Source: a bacterium
GTDB lineage: Bacteria; UBA8248
Direction: 5' to 3'
Length of the DNA: 64,000 nucleotides
Assembly (NCBI GenBank): GCA_965204535.1
Contig: CBDBEV010000001.1
Coordinates: forward strand, 2,848,001 to 2,912,000
Below, one piece after another: positions 30,645 to 39,377 of this stretch. How positions within the stretch are numbered: the stretch's first letter is position 1; the number at the start of each line of letters is the position of its first letter. The notes beneath the pieces were generated by a model that was not told the DNA's origin, did no database searches, and worked only from the letters and a program-made list of their open reading frames with translations. Made by a program: the position numbers and the translations under genes.

Positions 30645-31955
30645 ATGGCCGGTAACGACAGGCGGGTCGTGATCACCGGATACGGGGCGATGACGCCCCT
30701 GGGCAAGGACGTCGCCTCCACGTTCGACGCCGCTCGTGAGGGACGCTCGGGAATCGACGTGGTCCGCCGCTTCGACCCCGAAAAGCTACCCTGCCGCATT
30801 GCCGGCGAGGTGGACGACGAGTGGATAGCCTCGCAGGAGAACGGTGCTGCGCGCAGGCTCGATAAATTCTCCACCCGGGGCGTGCGGATGATGCGCGTGG
30901 CCGTATCCCAGGCGGCGCAGACGGCGCGCTTGGGCGAAGTTCCCGAGAGAAAGCGAGTCGGCGTCGCGCTCGGCTCCCACGGCGATCACCCCCATGTCGA
31001 AGAGTTGCTCCGCATCTTCCCCTACTGGAAGCCGGAAGGCAGCGATCCCTTACAGGGCGGGTGGGACATCGAAGGCCTCAAAAGCCGCGGCGCCTATGAT
31101 CTGATGACGTTTTTCAGAAGAAAGTCCGACGTGGCGACTTCGGTCGTCGCCTTGGATTTCGACTGCCGGGGTCCCATGGTCTCCATCTGCTCGGCTTGTG
31201 CGGCGGGGGCGCAGGCGATCGGCGAGTCGGTGCGCCTCATCCGCGACGCGAAGGCGGACGTTATGGTGGCGGGCGGCTGCGAGGCGCCCATCACATACGT
31301 GGGGTTTCTCGGGTTCGTCCTGCTCACCGCGCTGGTGGAGAGATACGAAACCCCGCAGAGCGCGTCCCGTCCCTTCGACAGGAGGCGGAACGGCTTCGTG
31401 ATGTCCGAAGGCGCGGGCGCGATGATACTCGAGAGCTACGAACACGCGCGTGCACGGGGCGCCGAGGTCCTCGGCGAAGTGCTCGGCTACGGCGATTCAT
31501 CGGATGCGTTTCGCATCACCGACATGCACCCTAAGGGTCTCGGCGCGGTGTTCGCCATGAAAAAGGCGATCGAGGATGCGCGAATCACGCCCGATCAAGT
31601 CGAATACGTCAACGCGCACGGCACCTCGACGCCCAAGAACGATTCCACCGAAACCAGGGCCATCAAGGAGGTGTTCGGCGCCCACGCGGAGAAGATGCCC
31701 GTCAGTTCCAACAAGTCCATGATCGGCCACACCATCGGCGCGGCGGGAGCCGTCGAAGCGATTCTGGCCGTGGAGGGGATGCGCCGCTCGGAGATTCTGC
31801 CGACCATCAACTACCAGAACCGCGATCCGAAGTGCGACCTCGACTACGTGCCCAACGAGACGAGGACGCAGGCCCATCGCGTGGCTCTCTCCAACAGCTT
31901 CGGTTTCGGCGGGCAGAACGCCTGCCTTTGCCTGGGTGGTCCCGAGATCGCGTGA
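30645..31955 (+). CDS. Beta-ketoacyl-ACP synthase (FabF-like), catalytic triad intact
   Basis: SACAAG, NAHGTST, KSMIGH, NSFGFGG. Confidence 0.92.
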   Translation: MAGNDRRVVITGYGAMTPLGKDVASTFDAAREGRSGIDVVRRFDPEKLPCRIAGEVDDEWIASQENGAARRLDKFSTRGVRMMRVAVSQAAQTARLGEVPERKRVGVALGSHGDHPHVEELLRIFPYWKPEGSDPLQGGWDIEGLKSRGAYDLMTFFRRKSDVATSVVALDFDCRGPMVSICSACAAGAQAIGESVRLIRDAKADVMVAGGCEAPITYVGFLGFVLLTALVERYETPQSASRPFDRRRNGFVMSEGAGAMILESYEHARARGAEVLGEVLGYGDSSDAFRITDMHPKGLGAVFAMKKAIEDARITPDQVEYVNAHGTSTPKNDSTETRAIKEVFGAHAEKMPVSSNKSMIGHTIGAAGAVEAILAVEGMRRSEILPTINYQNRDPKCDLDYVPNETRTQAHRVALSNSFGFGGQNACLCLGGPEIA

Positions 31956-33142
31956 ATTTTCCGTCCATTCCGATCACCGGCGTCGGCCTCGTAACGGCGG
32001 CGGGTCGAGGCGCCCAACCCGCCTGGGAGGCCCTTTGCGCGGGCCGCTCCCTCCTTGCTCCGGATGCTGATCCCGAACTCGCTGGCTTCCCCCCCATCGA
32101 AACAGCGCAGTGCGCGCGAATCGACCCCGAATCGGTCGGCGCGTATCGACGTGCGGCGAGAATCATGGGCCACCATACCCACATGCTCCTGGCGGCGGTT
32201 CAAGATGTGATGGCCGACGCCCCTGCCGACCCGGAGATGACGGAGGAAGATATCGCCTTTTTCGCTGGCATGGACTCTGTCGATCCGGATAAAGACGATT
32301 TGGTAGGCGCAGTGAGGGAATCGGAAGATCTGGTGGATTTGGGGCATTTCTTCAGCGAGGGGATGGACGCCATCCCCCCGCTTTGGCCGCTCGGCATGTT
32401 GAACGCGATAGCTTTCAGCCAGGCGGCGATTCAGCACAGGTGGCGGGGCGAGAACGCCGTTTTCAGCACGGGCCCGGAGGCGACGGCGCGCGCCCTCTGC
32501 GAGGCGGCGGACTCGGTCGGATCAGGCAAGTCGAGGCTCGCTCTGTGCGCCGGCGTAAGCGGGGTGGTTTCCGCAAGAATGCTGGCCCGCGCGAAGCGGC
32601 GGGGCGCGTGGCCCGCTGCGGGCGGACTCGGAGAGGGCGCGGGCGTGATTCGCTTCGAGAAGACCGAAGTTGCCCATTCGTCCAAAATTCTTGGCTGGTT
32701 CAAGGGCCAATCTTCTGTGCGCGCGTTAAAAAAAAGAGGCGGCCTCGTCCGGGCAATTCAAGAGTCGGCCCAGGGCGCGCTCGCGTGTGCCGGTCTCAAG
32801 CCCGAGGGAGTGGACCTTCTCGTGATTCATGGGGAGGGGGAATCTCGGGCGGATGGCGCCGAGGCGGAAGCGGTTTCCGCCGTTTTCGGCGGCCACAAGC
32901 CTTGGGGGCTTGCGACGAAGGGCGTATTCGGCCACCTTTGGGGGGGAAGCCCGGCGCTGGACCTGATTATGGCGATGAAAGCCCTGGCCGAAGGCGCGGC
33001 GCCCCCATCTCCCGCATCGGAGAAGGAATTATTCCGGGATGCGGCAGATGGCTCCAGGCGGGATGAGCTCCGAAACGCGCTGGTGCTTCTCCAGGGCTTC
33101 GACGGCGTATGCTCGGGGCTGGTGGTGGGAAAAGGCGCTTGA
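31952..33142 (+). CDS. Ketosynthase-like protein lacking catalytic Cys (CLF-like)
   Basis: ITGVGLVT, LGEGAG, KGVFGH; STGPEA at the SAC position; GTGA overlap with upstream stop. Confidence 0.78.
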   Translation: MNFPSIPITGVGLVTAAGRGAQPAWEALCAGRSLLAPDADPELAGFPPIETAQCARIDPESVGAYRRAARIMGHHTHMLLAAVQDVMADAPADPEMTEEDIAFFAGMDSVDPDKDDLVGAVRESEDLVDLGHFFSEGMDAIPPLWPLGMLNAIAFSQAAIQHRWRGENAVFSTGPEATARALCEAADSVGSGKSRLALCAGVSGVVSARMLARAKRRGAWPAAGGLGEGAGVIRFEKTEVAHSSKILGWFKGQSSVRALKKRGGLVRAIQESAQGALACAGLKPEGVDLLVIHGEGESRADGAEAEAVSAVFGGHKPWGLATKGVFGHLWGGSPALDLIMAMKALAEGAAPPSPASEKELFRDAADGSRRDELRNALVLLQGFDGVCSGLVVGKGA

Positions 33143-33157
33143 CGGGAGAACGGGAAA

Positions 33158-33610
33158 TTGCGGTTTCTCTTTTTCGATCAGATCAAGGAGATGGTGCGCG
33201 GCGAGCGGATCGTGGGCGTCAAGACGTTTCCGCTCTCAGAAGCATATTTGAACGCCCATTTCCGGCGCGCGCCCCGGGTGCCCGGCTCGATCCTCATCGA
33301 GGCGATGGCGCAGATCACGGGGTGGCTCGTAATCTACACCTATGATTTCAAGACCTCGTGCGTCATCTCGCTCATCGACGACGTGGAGGTGGCGAACGAC
33401 CTGCGACCGGGCGTTACCGTGGAGATTCATGGCGAGATAATCGACACGAACGAACGGGCGAGCCTGTGCCGCGCGCGTATCGAAAAAGACGGTGTCGCTG
33501 TGGCCAAAGCCGAGCGGTTCGTGTATCCCCACTTTCCCAATGACGATCCAGAAAGCCTCAAGGAGCGCTTTAGAAGCTACGGCTGGCTGGCGTTCGAGGA
33601 GACGGCATGA
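33158..33610 (+). CDS. FabZ/FabA-like dehydratase
   Basis: RFLFFDQI, HFRRAPRVPGSILIEAMAQ. Confidence 0.85.
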   Translation: MRFLFFDQIKEMVRGERIVGVKTFPLSEAYLNAHFRRAPRVPGSILIEAMAQITGWLVIYTYDFKTSCVISLIDDVEVANDLRPGVTVEIHGEIIDTNERASLCRARIEKDGVAVAKAERFVYPHFPNDDPESLKERFRSYGWLAFEETA

Positions 33611-34872
33611 GCGCGCAGGTATTCATCACCGGCCTCGGCATGGTGACCTCTTTGGGCGCCGACGTGGAGACTTGCTGGCGGCGGGCGCTGGCCGGTGAAT
33701 CGGGCCTCGCGCCGATCACGTCTTTCGACGCGAAAGCGCTGCCCGTCGCCGGAGCGGGCGAGGTTTCTGAGGAGACGCTCCGCGCCATCCGGGAGAGGCT
33801 TCCCGAGGAATATGCGGGCGAGGGGGAGCGCAGGGTGTTGTTCGCGCTCGACGCCGCGCAGAACGCGATGACGGACGCCGGGATGCGCCCCGGCGATTAT
33901 GCCCCCGAGCGCGCGGGCGTGGTGATGGGGACCGGGCTGAGCAGCTACCGGCTGGAGGATTTCGCCGCCTGGGCGGACCCTGAAAACGGCTTCGACGCCG
34001 TCCGCTTCGCTGAAGAGCTTGAGATGACGCAAGTCTCCGGCTACTTCAACAACCCGCCCGAGCGGGCGACCTCCCTGATGGCGGAGTGGTTCGAACTCGC
34101 CGGTCCCACCGGCACGATCACCTCCGCCTGCGCGGCGGCGGGTCAGGCGATTGGCCTCGGGATGCGCATGATCCGAAGGGGCGAGGCGGACGTGGTTCTT
34201 TGCGGCGGGGCCGATTCGATGATCCATCCCGTCGGGATGGCCATATTCCTCCTGCTGGGCGCGGCGTCCAAATCGAAAGACCCCATCTGCCGTCCTTTCG
34301 ACAGAAGACGCTCCGGCCTCGCCGTGGGCGAAGGGTCGGGCGTGGTGGTTCTGGAGTCGCAAGACCATGCGCGCGCGCGGGGCGCTGCGCCCTACGCCGT
34401 TCTATCGGGCTACGGCGCGAGCATGGACGCGCACCAGGTGACGGCCCCGCACCCGGCGGGCCGGGGCGCCGTTCGGTCGATGAGCGAGGCGATGGAAGAT
34501 GCGGGCCTGGCTCCTGATGATGTCGCCTACGTCAACGCGCACGGCACGGGCACGAAACTGAACGATCCGGTCGAGACCAGGGCGATTCGCGAGGTGTTCG
34601 GCGCGCGGGCGGATGCGCTGGCGGTGAGTTCGTCCAAATCCATGATCGGGCATCTCATCGCCGCCTGCGGCGCGCCCGAGTTCATCTTCACGGCCTTGAG
34701 CGTCGCGCGCGATATCGTGCATCCTACGACGTGCCTTGAGAACCCGGACCCGAAGTGCGATCTCGACTACGTGGCCGGGGGGGCGAGGGAGATGCCCGTG
34801 CCCGCCGCCATCACGAATTCCTTTGGTTTCGGCGGGCAAAACGCCACCTTGCTCGTGAGAAAGGCGGCCTAG
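33607..34872 (+). CDS. Beta-ketoacyl-ACP synthase (FabF-like), catalytic triad intact
   Basis: SACAAA, NAHGTGT, KSMIGH, NSFGFGG. Confidence 0.92.
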   Translation: MSAQVFITGLGMVTSLGADVETCWRRALAGESGLAPITSFDAKALPVAGAGEVSEETLRAIRERLPEEYAGEGERRVLFALDAAQNAMTDAGMRPGDYAPERAGVVMGTGLSSYRLEDFAAWADPENGFDAVRFAEELEMTQVSGYFNNPPERATSLMAEWFELAGPTGTITSACAAAGQAIGLGMRMIRRGEADVVLCGGADSMIHPVGMAIFLLLGAASKSKDPICRPFDRRRSGLAVGEGSGVVVLESQDHARARGAAPYAVLSGYGASMDAHQVTAPHPAGRGAVRSMSEAMEDAGLAPDDVAYVNAHGTGTKLNDPVETRAIREVFGARADALAVSSSKSMIGHLIAACGAPEFIFTALSVARDIVHPTTCLENPDPKCDLDYVAGGAREMPVPAAITNSFGFGGQNATLLVRKAA

Positions 34873-34889
34873 ATGAGAGGTGATACGGA

Positions 34890-35642
34890 ATGAAAATCGA
34901 TTTGAGCGGAAAAATCGCGCTGGTGACCGGAGGCGGGCGGGGCATCGGGCGCGCCTGCTGCACGGCCCTGGCCGAGGCGGGGGCTTCGGTGGCGGTCAAC
35001 TACAGCCGCTCGGCGGAGGCCGCCGAGGAGGTAAAGGGGGAGATCGAAGCGGCCGGCGGGCAGGCGAATACCTACCAGGCCGACGTCTCCTCTTTCGAGG
35101 ACGTATCGGCGATGTTCGAGCAGGTAAAAGAGGATTTCGGCACGCTCGATATTCTCGTCAACAACGCGGGCGTGATACAGGACGGCTTGCTGCTCACCAT
35201 GAAGCCCGCAGGCTGGCGCAAGGTGCTCGGCGTGAGCCTGGACGGCGCTTACCACTGCACGAAGGCGGCCGGCGAGATCATGCTCCGGAAGCGCTCCGGC
35301 AAGGTGATCAGCATCTCCTCCGTCATGGGGGTTTCGGGCGGGGCCGGGCAGACGAACTACGCCTCCGCCAAGGCGGGCATCATCGCCTTCATGCGCGCCT
35401 GCGCGGCGGAGATGGGAAAGCGGGGAATCCAGTTCAACACCATATTGCCGGGCATGATCGTCACCGACATGAGCGAGCGCGTGCGCGAGAAGGGCGGCGA
35501 CGTGATTATGGGGCGCATACCGGCGGGCCGCTTCGGCGAACCGGAGGACGTGGCCAGGCTCGTGGTGTTCCTGGCGTCCGCGGAATCGGATTACATCAAC
35601 GGACAGGCGATAGCCGTGGACGGCGGTCTGCTCACGGGCTGA
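34890..35642 (+). CDS. fabG: 3-oxoacyl-ACP reductase (FabG-like)
   Basis: TGGGRGIG, NNAG, GQTNYASAKAG, PGMIVTDM. Confidence 0.85.
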   Translation: MKIDLSGKIALVTGGGRGIGRACCTALAEAGASVAVNYSRSAEAAEEVKGEIEAAGGQANTYQADVSSFEDVSAMFEQVKEDFGTLDILVNNAGVIQDGLLLTMKPAGWRKVLGVSLDGAYHCTKAAGEIMLRKRSGKVISISSVMGVSGGAGQTNYASAKAGIIAFMRACAAEMGKRGIQFNTILPGMIVTDMSERVREKGGDVIMGRIPAGRFGEPEDVARLVVFLASAESDYINGQAIAVDGGLLTG

Positions 35643-35660
35643 GCGCGGGGGATATTCGGG

Positions 35661-36077
35661 ATGCAGCTGTACCAGGGGGTGGATTTGGTGGAGGTCGCGC
35701 GCTTGAAGGAGGCCTATGAGCGCCACGAGGCGTTCGGCGAGGACGTGTTCACCGAAGCCGAGCGGGCGTATTGCCTGAAGCGCCGGAACCCCTATCCCCA
35801 CTTCGCGGCCCGCTTCGCGGCGAAAGAAGCCTGCCTCAAGGCATTCGGCCTCGGCATTTCCGAGCCGGGCGGGCTGGGCGGCAGGGGGCGTTTGCGCGAG
35901 ATCGAGGTGGAATCGATGGCTTCGGGCAAACCCACGCTCAAACTGAGCGGCTCGATGGAGCGCATGAGCGCGCGAAAGAAGATCACGCAGTCCACCATTT
36001 CGATGAGCCATACGCTCGATCTGGCGGTGGCCCAGGTGATCCTCCTGGGCGAGGACGCGCCGGAAGAAGCTGATTAA
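35661..36077 (+). CDS. acpS: Holo-ACP synthase
   Basis: GVDLVE, FTEAE, AARFAAKEA, GKP, ISMSH. Confidence 0.92.
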   Translation: MQLYQGVDLVEVARLKEAYERHEAFGEDVFTEAERAYCLKRRNPYPHFAARFAAKEACLKAFGLGISEPGGLGGRGRLREIEVESMASGKPTLKLSGSMERMSARKKITQSTISMSHTLDLAVAQVILLGEDAPEEAD

Positions 36078-36089
36078 GGAGTCCTTGGT

Positions 36090-36551
36090 TTGAGATATAT
36101 GCTCGTGGACAGGGTGACGGCGTGGGAGGCGGGGGTCTCCATCCAGGGGGTGAAGAACGTCACGATGAGCGAGGATTTTCTGGAGTTCCATTTCCCGCGG
36201 TTTCCCGTCATGCCGGGCGCGCTGATATTCGAGGCGCTGGTGCAGCTGGCAGGCTGGCTCGAAGCGGCGGAATCCGATTTCACCCGGTGGATTCTTTTGG
36301 AAAAGGTTCGAAGCGTCAGGTACTATGGATTCGCCTTTCCGGGGGATCAGGTCCTCCTGAACGTGGAGGCGCGGGGAGAGGAAGAAGGTCTCAAGAACTT
36401 CAGGGGCGTTGCCACCGTGGAGGGCGAGCGTCGGGTGGTCGCCGATTTTGGCGGAAAGGCGGCGCCGCTCGCGGATTATGAGGATCCCGAGGAGCAGCGC
36501 CATCATTTTCGTGTTCTCGGACGCGAGATTCGGTTGAGCCAGGCGGGATGA
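36090..36551 (+). CDS. FabZ-like dehydratase
   Basis: LVDRV, KNVTMSE, HFPRFPVMPGALIFEALVQ, PGDQ. Confidence 0.88.
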   Translation: MRYMLVDRVTAWEAGVSIQGVKNVTMSEDFLEFHFPRFPVMPGALIFEALVQLAGWLEAAESDFTRWILLEKVRSVRYYGFAFPGDQVLLNVEARGEEEGLKNFRGVATVEGERRVVADFGGKAAPLADYEDPEEQRHHFRVLGREIRLSQAG

Positions 36552-36554
36552 GCG

Positions 36555-37853
36555 ATGCGAGGCGAGGAAGTCTGGATTACGGGCGTGGGTTTGCTGACTT
36601 CCATAGGCGAGAATGCCGGGGAAAACTGGGAGTCGCTTTGCGCCGGAAAATGCGGGGTCGCCTGTCATCCAAGCGAGGATAACGGCTCTCTTCCGGATAA
36701 TTTCGCCTACCATGGCGCAATCCCCGGCCATGAAGACCCGCCCGAGGTGCCGCCCAAACTCGCGAGCCAGCGCAAATTCCTGAACAGAAGCTCCATCCTG
36801 GGGCTTTACGCCGCCGCCGAGGCGGTGGCCTGCTCTGGTCTCGACATGGGAGAGGTGGCGCCCGAGAGAAAGTCCCTCTACGTCGGTTCGGGCGATTTCA
36901 CCAGGGTGGGCTATGTGGATTTCTATGCCGCGCTCAAACAAACGGCCGGCGAGGCGTGGGACGCGCCCGAACCCGCCTCCCTCAACGAGGCGTCGCTCCA
37001 CAGGGTAAGCCCTTTTTTCCTGCTCGAGGGATTGCCCAACAATCTTTTCAGCTATCTCTCGGGCATCTACGAATTCATGGGGCCGAACGGCAGTTTTTCC
37101 AGCCTTTCATCCTGCGGCGCGCAGGCGCTCGAGAATTGCGACCGCGTGCTTCGCTTCGGCGAGGCCGACGTCGGCCTCGTCGTGGGCTGCGGGAGTTGGG
37201 CGCACCCCATGGTGCTCCTGGAACTCGACGGGCTGGGCATTCTCTCCCGGGCGAAAGAGGGGGCCGAGTCGTTCCGGCCCTTCGACAGGAGGCGCGATGG
37301 ATTCTTCCCCGGAGAGGGCGCCGCCGCCCTGGTGCTCGAGAGCGCCGAATCCGCCTGTGCGCGGGGCGCGAAGCCCCTGGGCCGCGTTCTGGGGACGGCG
37401 AACTGCCAGGAATACTCCTCTGAGCGCTATATTCCCGTTCCCACCGGCGCGGTGCGCCATTCGGTGGAATCGGCGGTGGCCGAGGCGGGCGTCACGAGCG
37501 ATGATCTGGCCTTCATCCTTCCCCACGGGAGTGCGACGCCCCAGGGAGACGCGGGCGAATTGTCCGCCTTGCTGGAATACGGCGATAAGGTCAAGGGCCC
37601 GATTCCGCTCGCCGGCTGGAAGCCCTATACGGGACACATGGGCTCCGCCAGCGATTTGGCCGAGATCGTGCTGGGACTCTCTGCCCTCAATGAGGGCCGC
37701 CTTCCCCCCACGCCGGGCCTTGAGCAAAAAGACGATGCCTTCGAGGCCCTCCACATCCCCACCGAAGAATGCGCCGTCTCGGGGGCCGCGTTCCTGTCCC
37801 TGAGTCACGGCATCGGCGGGCAATCCTCCGCAACCATCGTCGCCGCGCAGTGA
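36555..37853 (+). CDS. Ketosynthase-like protein, catalytic Cys replaced by Ser
   Basis: SFSSLSSCGAQAL aligns with SICSACAAGAQAI; RPFDRRRDG, PHGSAT, KPYTGH retained. Confidence 0.82.
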   Translation: MRGEEVWITGVGLLTSIGENAGENWESLCAGKCGVACHPSEDNGSLPDNFAYHGAIPGHEDPPEVPPKLASQRKFLNRSSILGLYAAAEAVACSGLDMGEVAPERKSLYVGSGDFTRVGYVDFYAALKQTAGEAWDAPEPASLNEASLHRVSPFFLLEGLPNNLFSYLSGIYEFMGPNGSFSSLSSCGAQALENCDRVLRFGEADVGLVVGCGSWAHPMVLLELDGLGILSRAKEGAESFRPFDRRRDGFFPGEGAAALVLESAESACARGAKPLGRVLGTANCQEYSSERYIPVPTGAVRHSVESAVAEAGVTSDDLAFILPHGSATPQGDAGELSALLEYGDKVKGPIPLAGWKPYTGHMGSASDLAEIVLGLSALNEGRLPPTPGLEQKDDAFEALHIPTEECAVSGAAFLSLSHGIGGQSSATIVAAQ

Positions 37854-38836
37854 ACAAATCCGCAGAATCCACCAAGAGAAAACGCAGCAAAGACAAGGGC
37901 GCGTTTCACCAATGGGTGGAATACGCCCTGCTCGTTTCGTTTCTGTGGTTGATCCGCCTGCTGCCCTATGGTGTCTGCCGCGCGGTTTCCGTTTTGATAG
38001 GGGAGGCGATTTTCCGCTTCGCCCCCAGGAGAAGGCGCATCGCGCGCGCCAACCTGCGCATCGCGTTCCCCGAACTCAATGAAGCGCAGCGCTCCGTTCT
38101 GGCGAGGCGCAGTTGCCGTTCGTTTATTCTCACCTGCCTGGAGGGAGCGAAGTTTCTGACCCGCTTCGATTTGCGACGCGCCGAGAAAACGGTGCGCGAG
38201 ATCGTGGACGAGGCGGAGGAGACAATAGATAAGGTGCGCGTGATTCACGAAGATGCGGGCGGCTGCGTGTTCGTCGTGCCGCATCTGGGGAACTGGGAAT
38301 TCCTCGCCCATGCCGGCGCGCTGGCGGGAATTCCGCTCACCATCCCGGTGCGTCCCCTGGACAATCGAAAGCTCGAAGCCTCGCTGTATGCAATGCGCGC
38401 ATCCTCCGGACAGGAGATTCTTTCGAAGAAAAACGCCTTCTTTCACCTGCGCGAGGCGCTGCGCAAGGGCCGTTCGGTGGCGATTCTGGCGGATCAGAAC
38501 GCGGGTGGCGAGGGAATCGACGCGCCGTTTTTCGGCAAGCCCGCCAGGACGACGCTCGCTCCCGCAGCCCTCGCGGTTCTCTACAACCGGCCCATTGTCC
38601 TGATCTCGTGTCTCAGAAAAGGCGGTGGCCGGCGCTATGAGGTCTTGCTCAGCGAGCCGATAGCGCCCGATATGAACGCGCAAAGCGCCAAAAAAGAAAT
38701 CGAGAGGCTCACGATGGCGGTGAACGAGGAGACGGAAAATTTTATTCGAAAAGGGCCGGAGCAGTACTTATGGATCCATGACAGGTGGAAACTCACCAAA
38801 AGCCAGGGACCGTCCCGGTGGGCCGATTCAAGTTGA
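37850..38836 (+). CDS. Lipid A/lysophospholipid acyltransferase (LpxL/HtrB family)
   Basis: ARANLRIAFP, HLGNWE, RPLDN, LADQ, FFG, PEQYLWIHDRWK; GTGA-coupled to upstream gene. Confidence 0.9.
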   Translation: MNKSAESTKRKRSKDKGAFHQWVEYALLVSFLWLIRLLPYGVCRAVSVLIGEAIFRFAPRRRRIARANLRIAFPELNEAQRSVLARRSCRSFILTCLEGAKFLTRFDLRRAEKTVREIVDEAEETIDKVRVIHEDAGGCVFVVPHLGNWEFLAHAGALAGIPLTIPVRPLDNRKLEASLYAMRASSGQEILSKKNAFFHLREALRKGRSVAILADQNAGGEGIDAPFFGKPARTTLAPAALAVLYNRPIVLISCLRKGGGRRYEVLLSEPIAPDMNAQSAKKEIERLTMAVNEETENFIRKGPEQYLWIHDRWKLTKSQGPSRWADSS

Positions 38837-39235
38837 AGCTTCAGGGGAGGATACGGTTTCTTTCAGATGCTTGAAGAAGGGAACCCCCAGTTTTTCGAGT
38901 TTCGCCTCGAGCTTTTCCGTGCAGTCGCAATCGCCGCAGACGGGATAGCCTTCGCAATCTTCAGGTTTGCGGGCGAAGCGCACGTCGATCTCCTCGAAAT
39001 ACGCCTCCCAGTAGGGTAGTTCCTCATACAGCTCATAACCCGGCCCGAACGCCTCGCGGCAGTAGCAGACCTCGAGCCAGCGAACCTGGCCTTTCTCGGT
39101 GAGCCTCGCCTCTTTCATGCACTTGAGAAACGTCCGGTGCGCGATGGAGCCTCGCCCGAGTTCGCCCGATTCGATGGCTTCGAGCAGGGCGGCGCTCTTG
39201 CCCTCGATGACTTTTCCGCGCACGAGATAACGCAT
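38828..39235 (-). CDS. Cys-rich hypothetical protein
   Basis: GGAGG RBS; EVCYC and CEGYPVCGDCDC motifs. Confidence 0.75.
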   Translation of the reverse strand: MRYLVRGKVIEGKSAALLEAIESGELGRGSIAHRTFLKCMKEARLTEKGQVRWLEVCYCREAFGPGYELYEELPYWEAYFEEIDVRFARKPEDCEGYPVCGDCDCTEKLEAKLEKLGVPFFKHLKETVSSPEAST

Positions 39236-39377
39236 GGAACCTCCACGCTTTTTTCATGAACCCTTCATTCGATTGTAACATACACGATATGATTCATGTA
39301 TAGATTGCCGGATGCTTCGGAGCATCGACGGCGTAAGGCGGCAGGGCGAGGAGCCCATGAACCCTGGGATAGGCGGG

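Noticed and set aside
34869-37001. 710-aa minus-strand ORF and similar long antisense ORFs (17662-19371, 54000-55889, 62201-63868)
   Set aside because: High-GC shadows of well-supported genes on the opposite strand
29119-38836. Ladderane or aryl polyene assignment for the FAS-like cluster
   Set aside because: No radical SAM, methyltransferase or desaturase genes and no aromatic starter ligase; an enoyl reductase-like gene argues against a polyene
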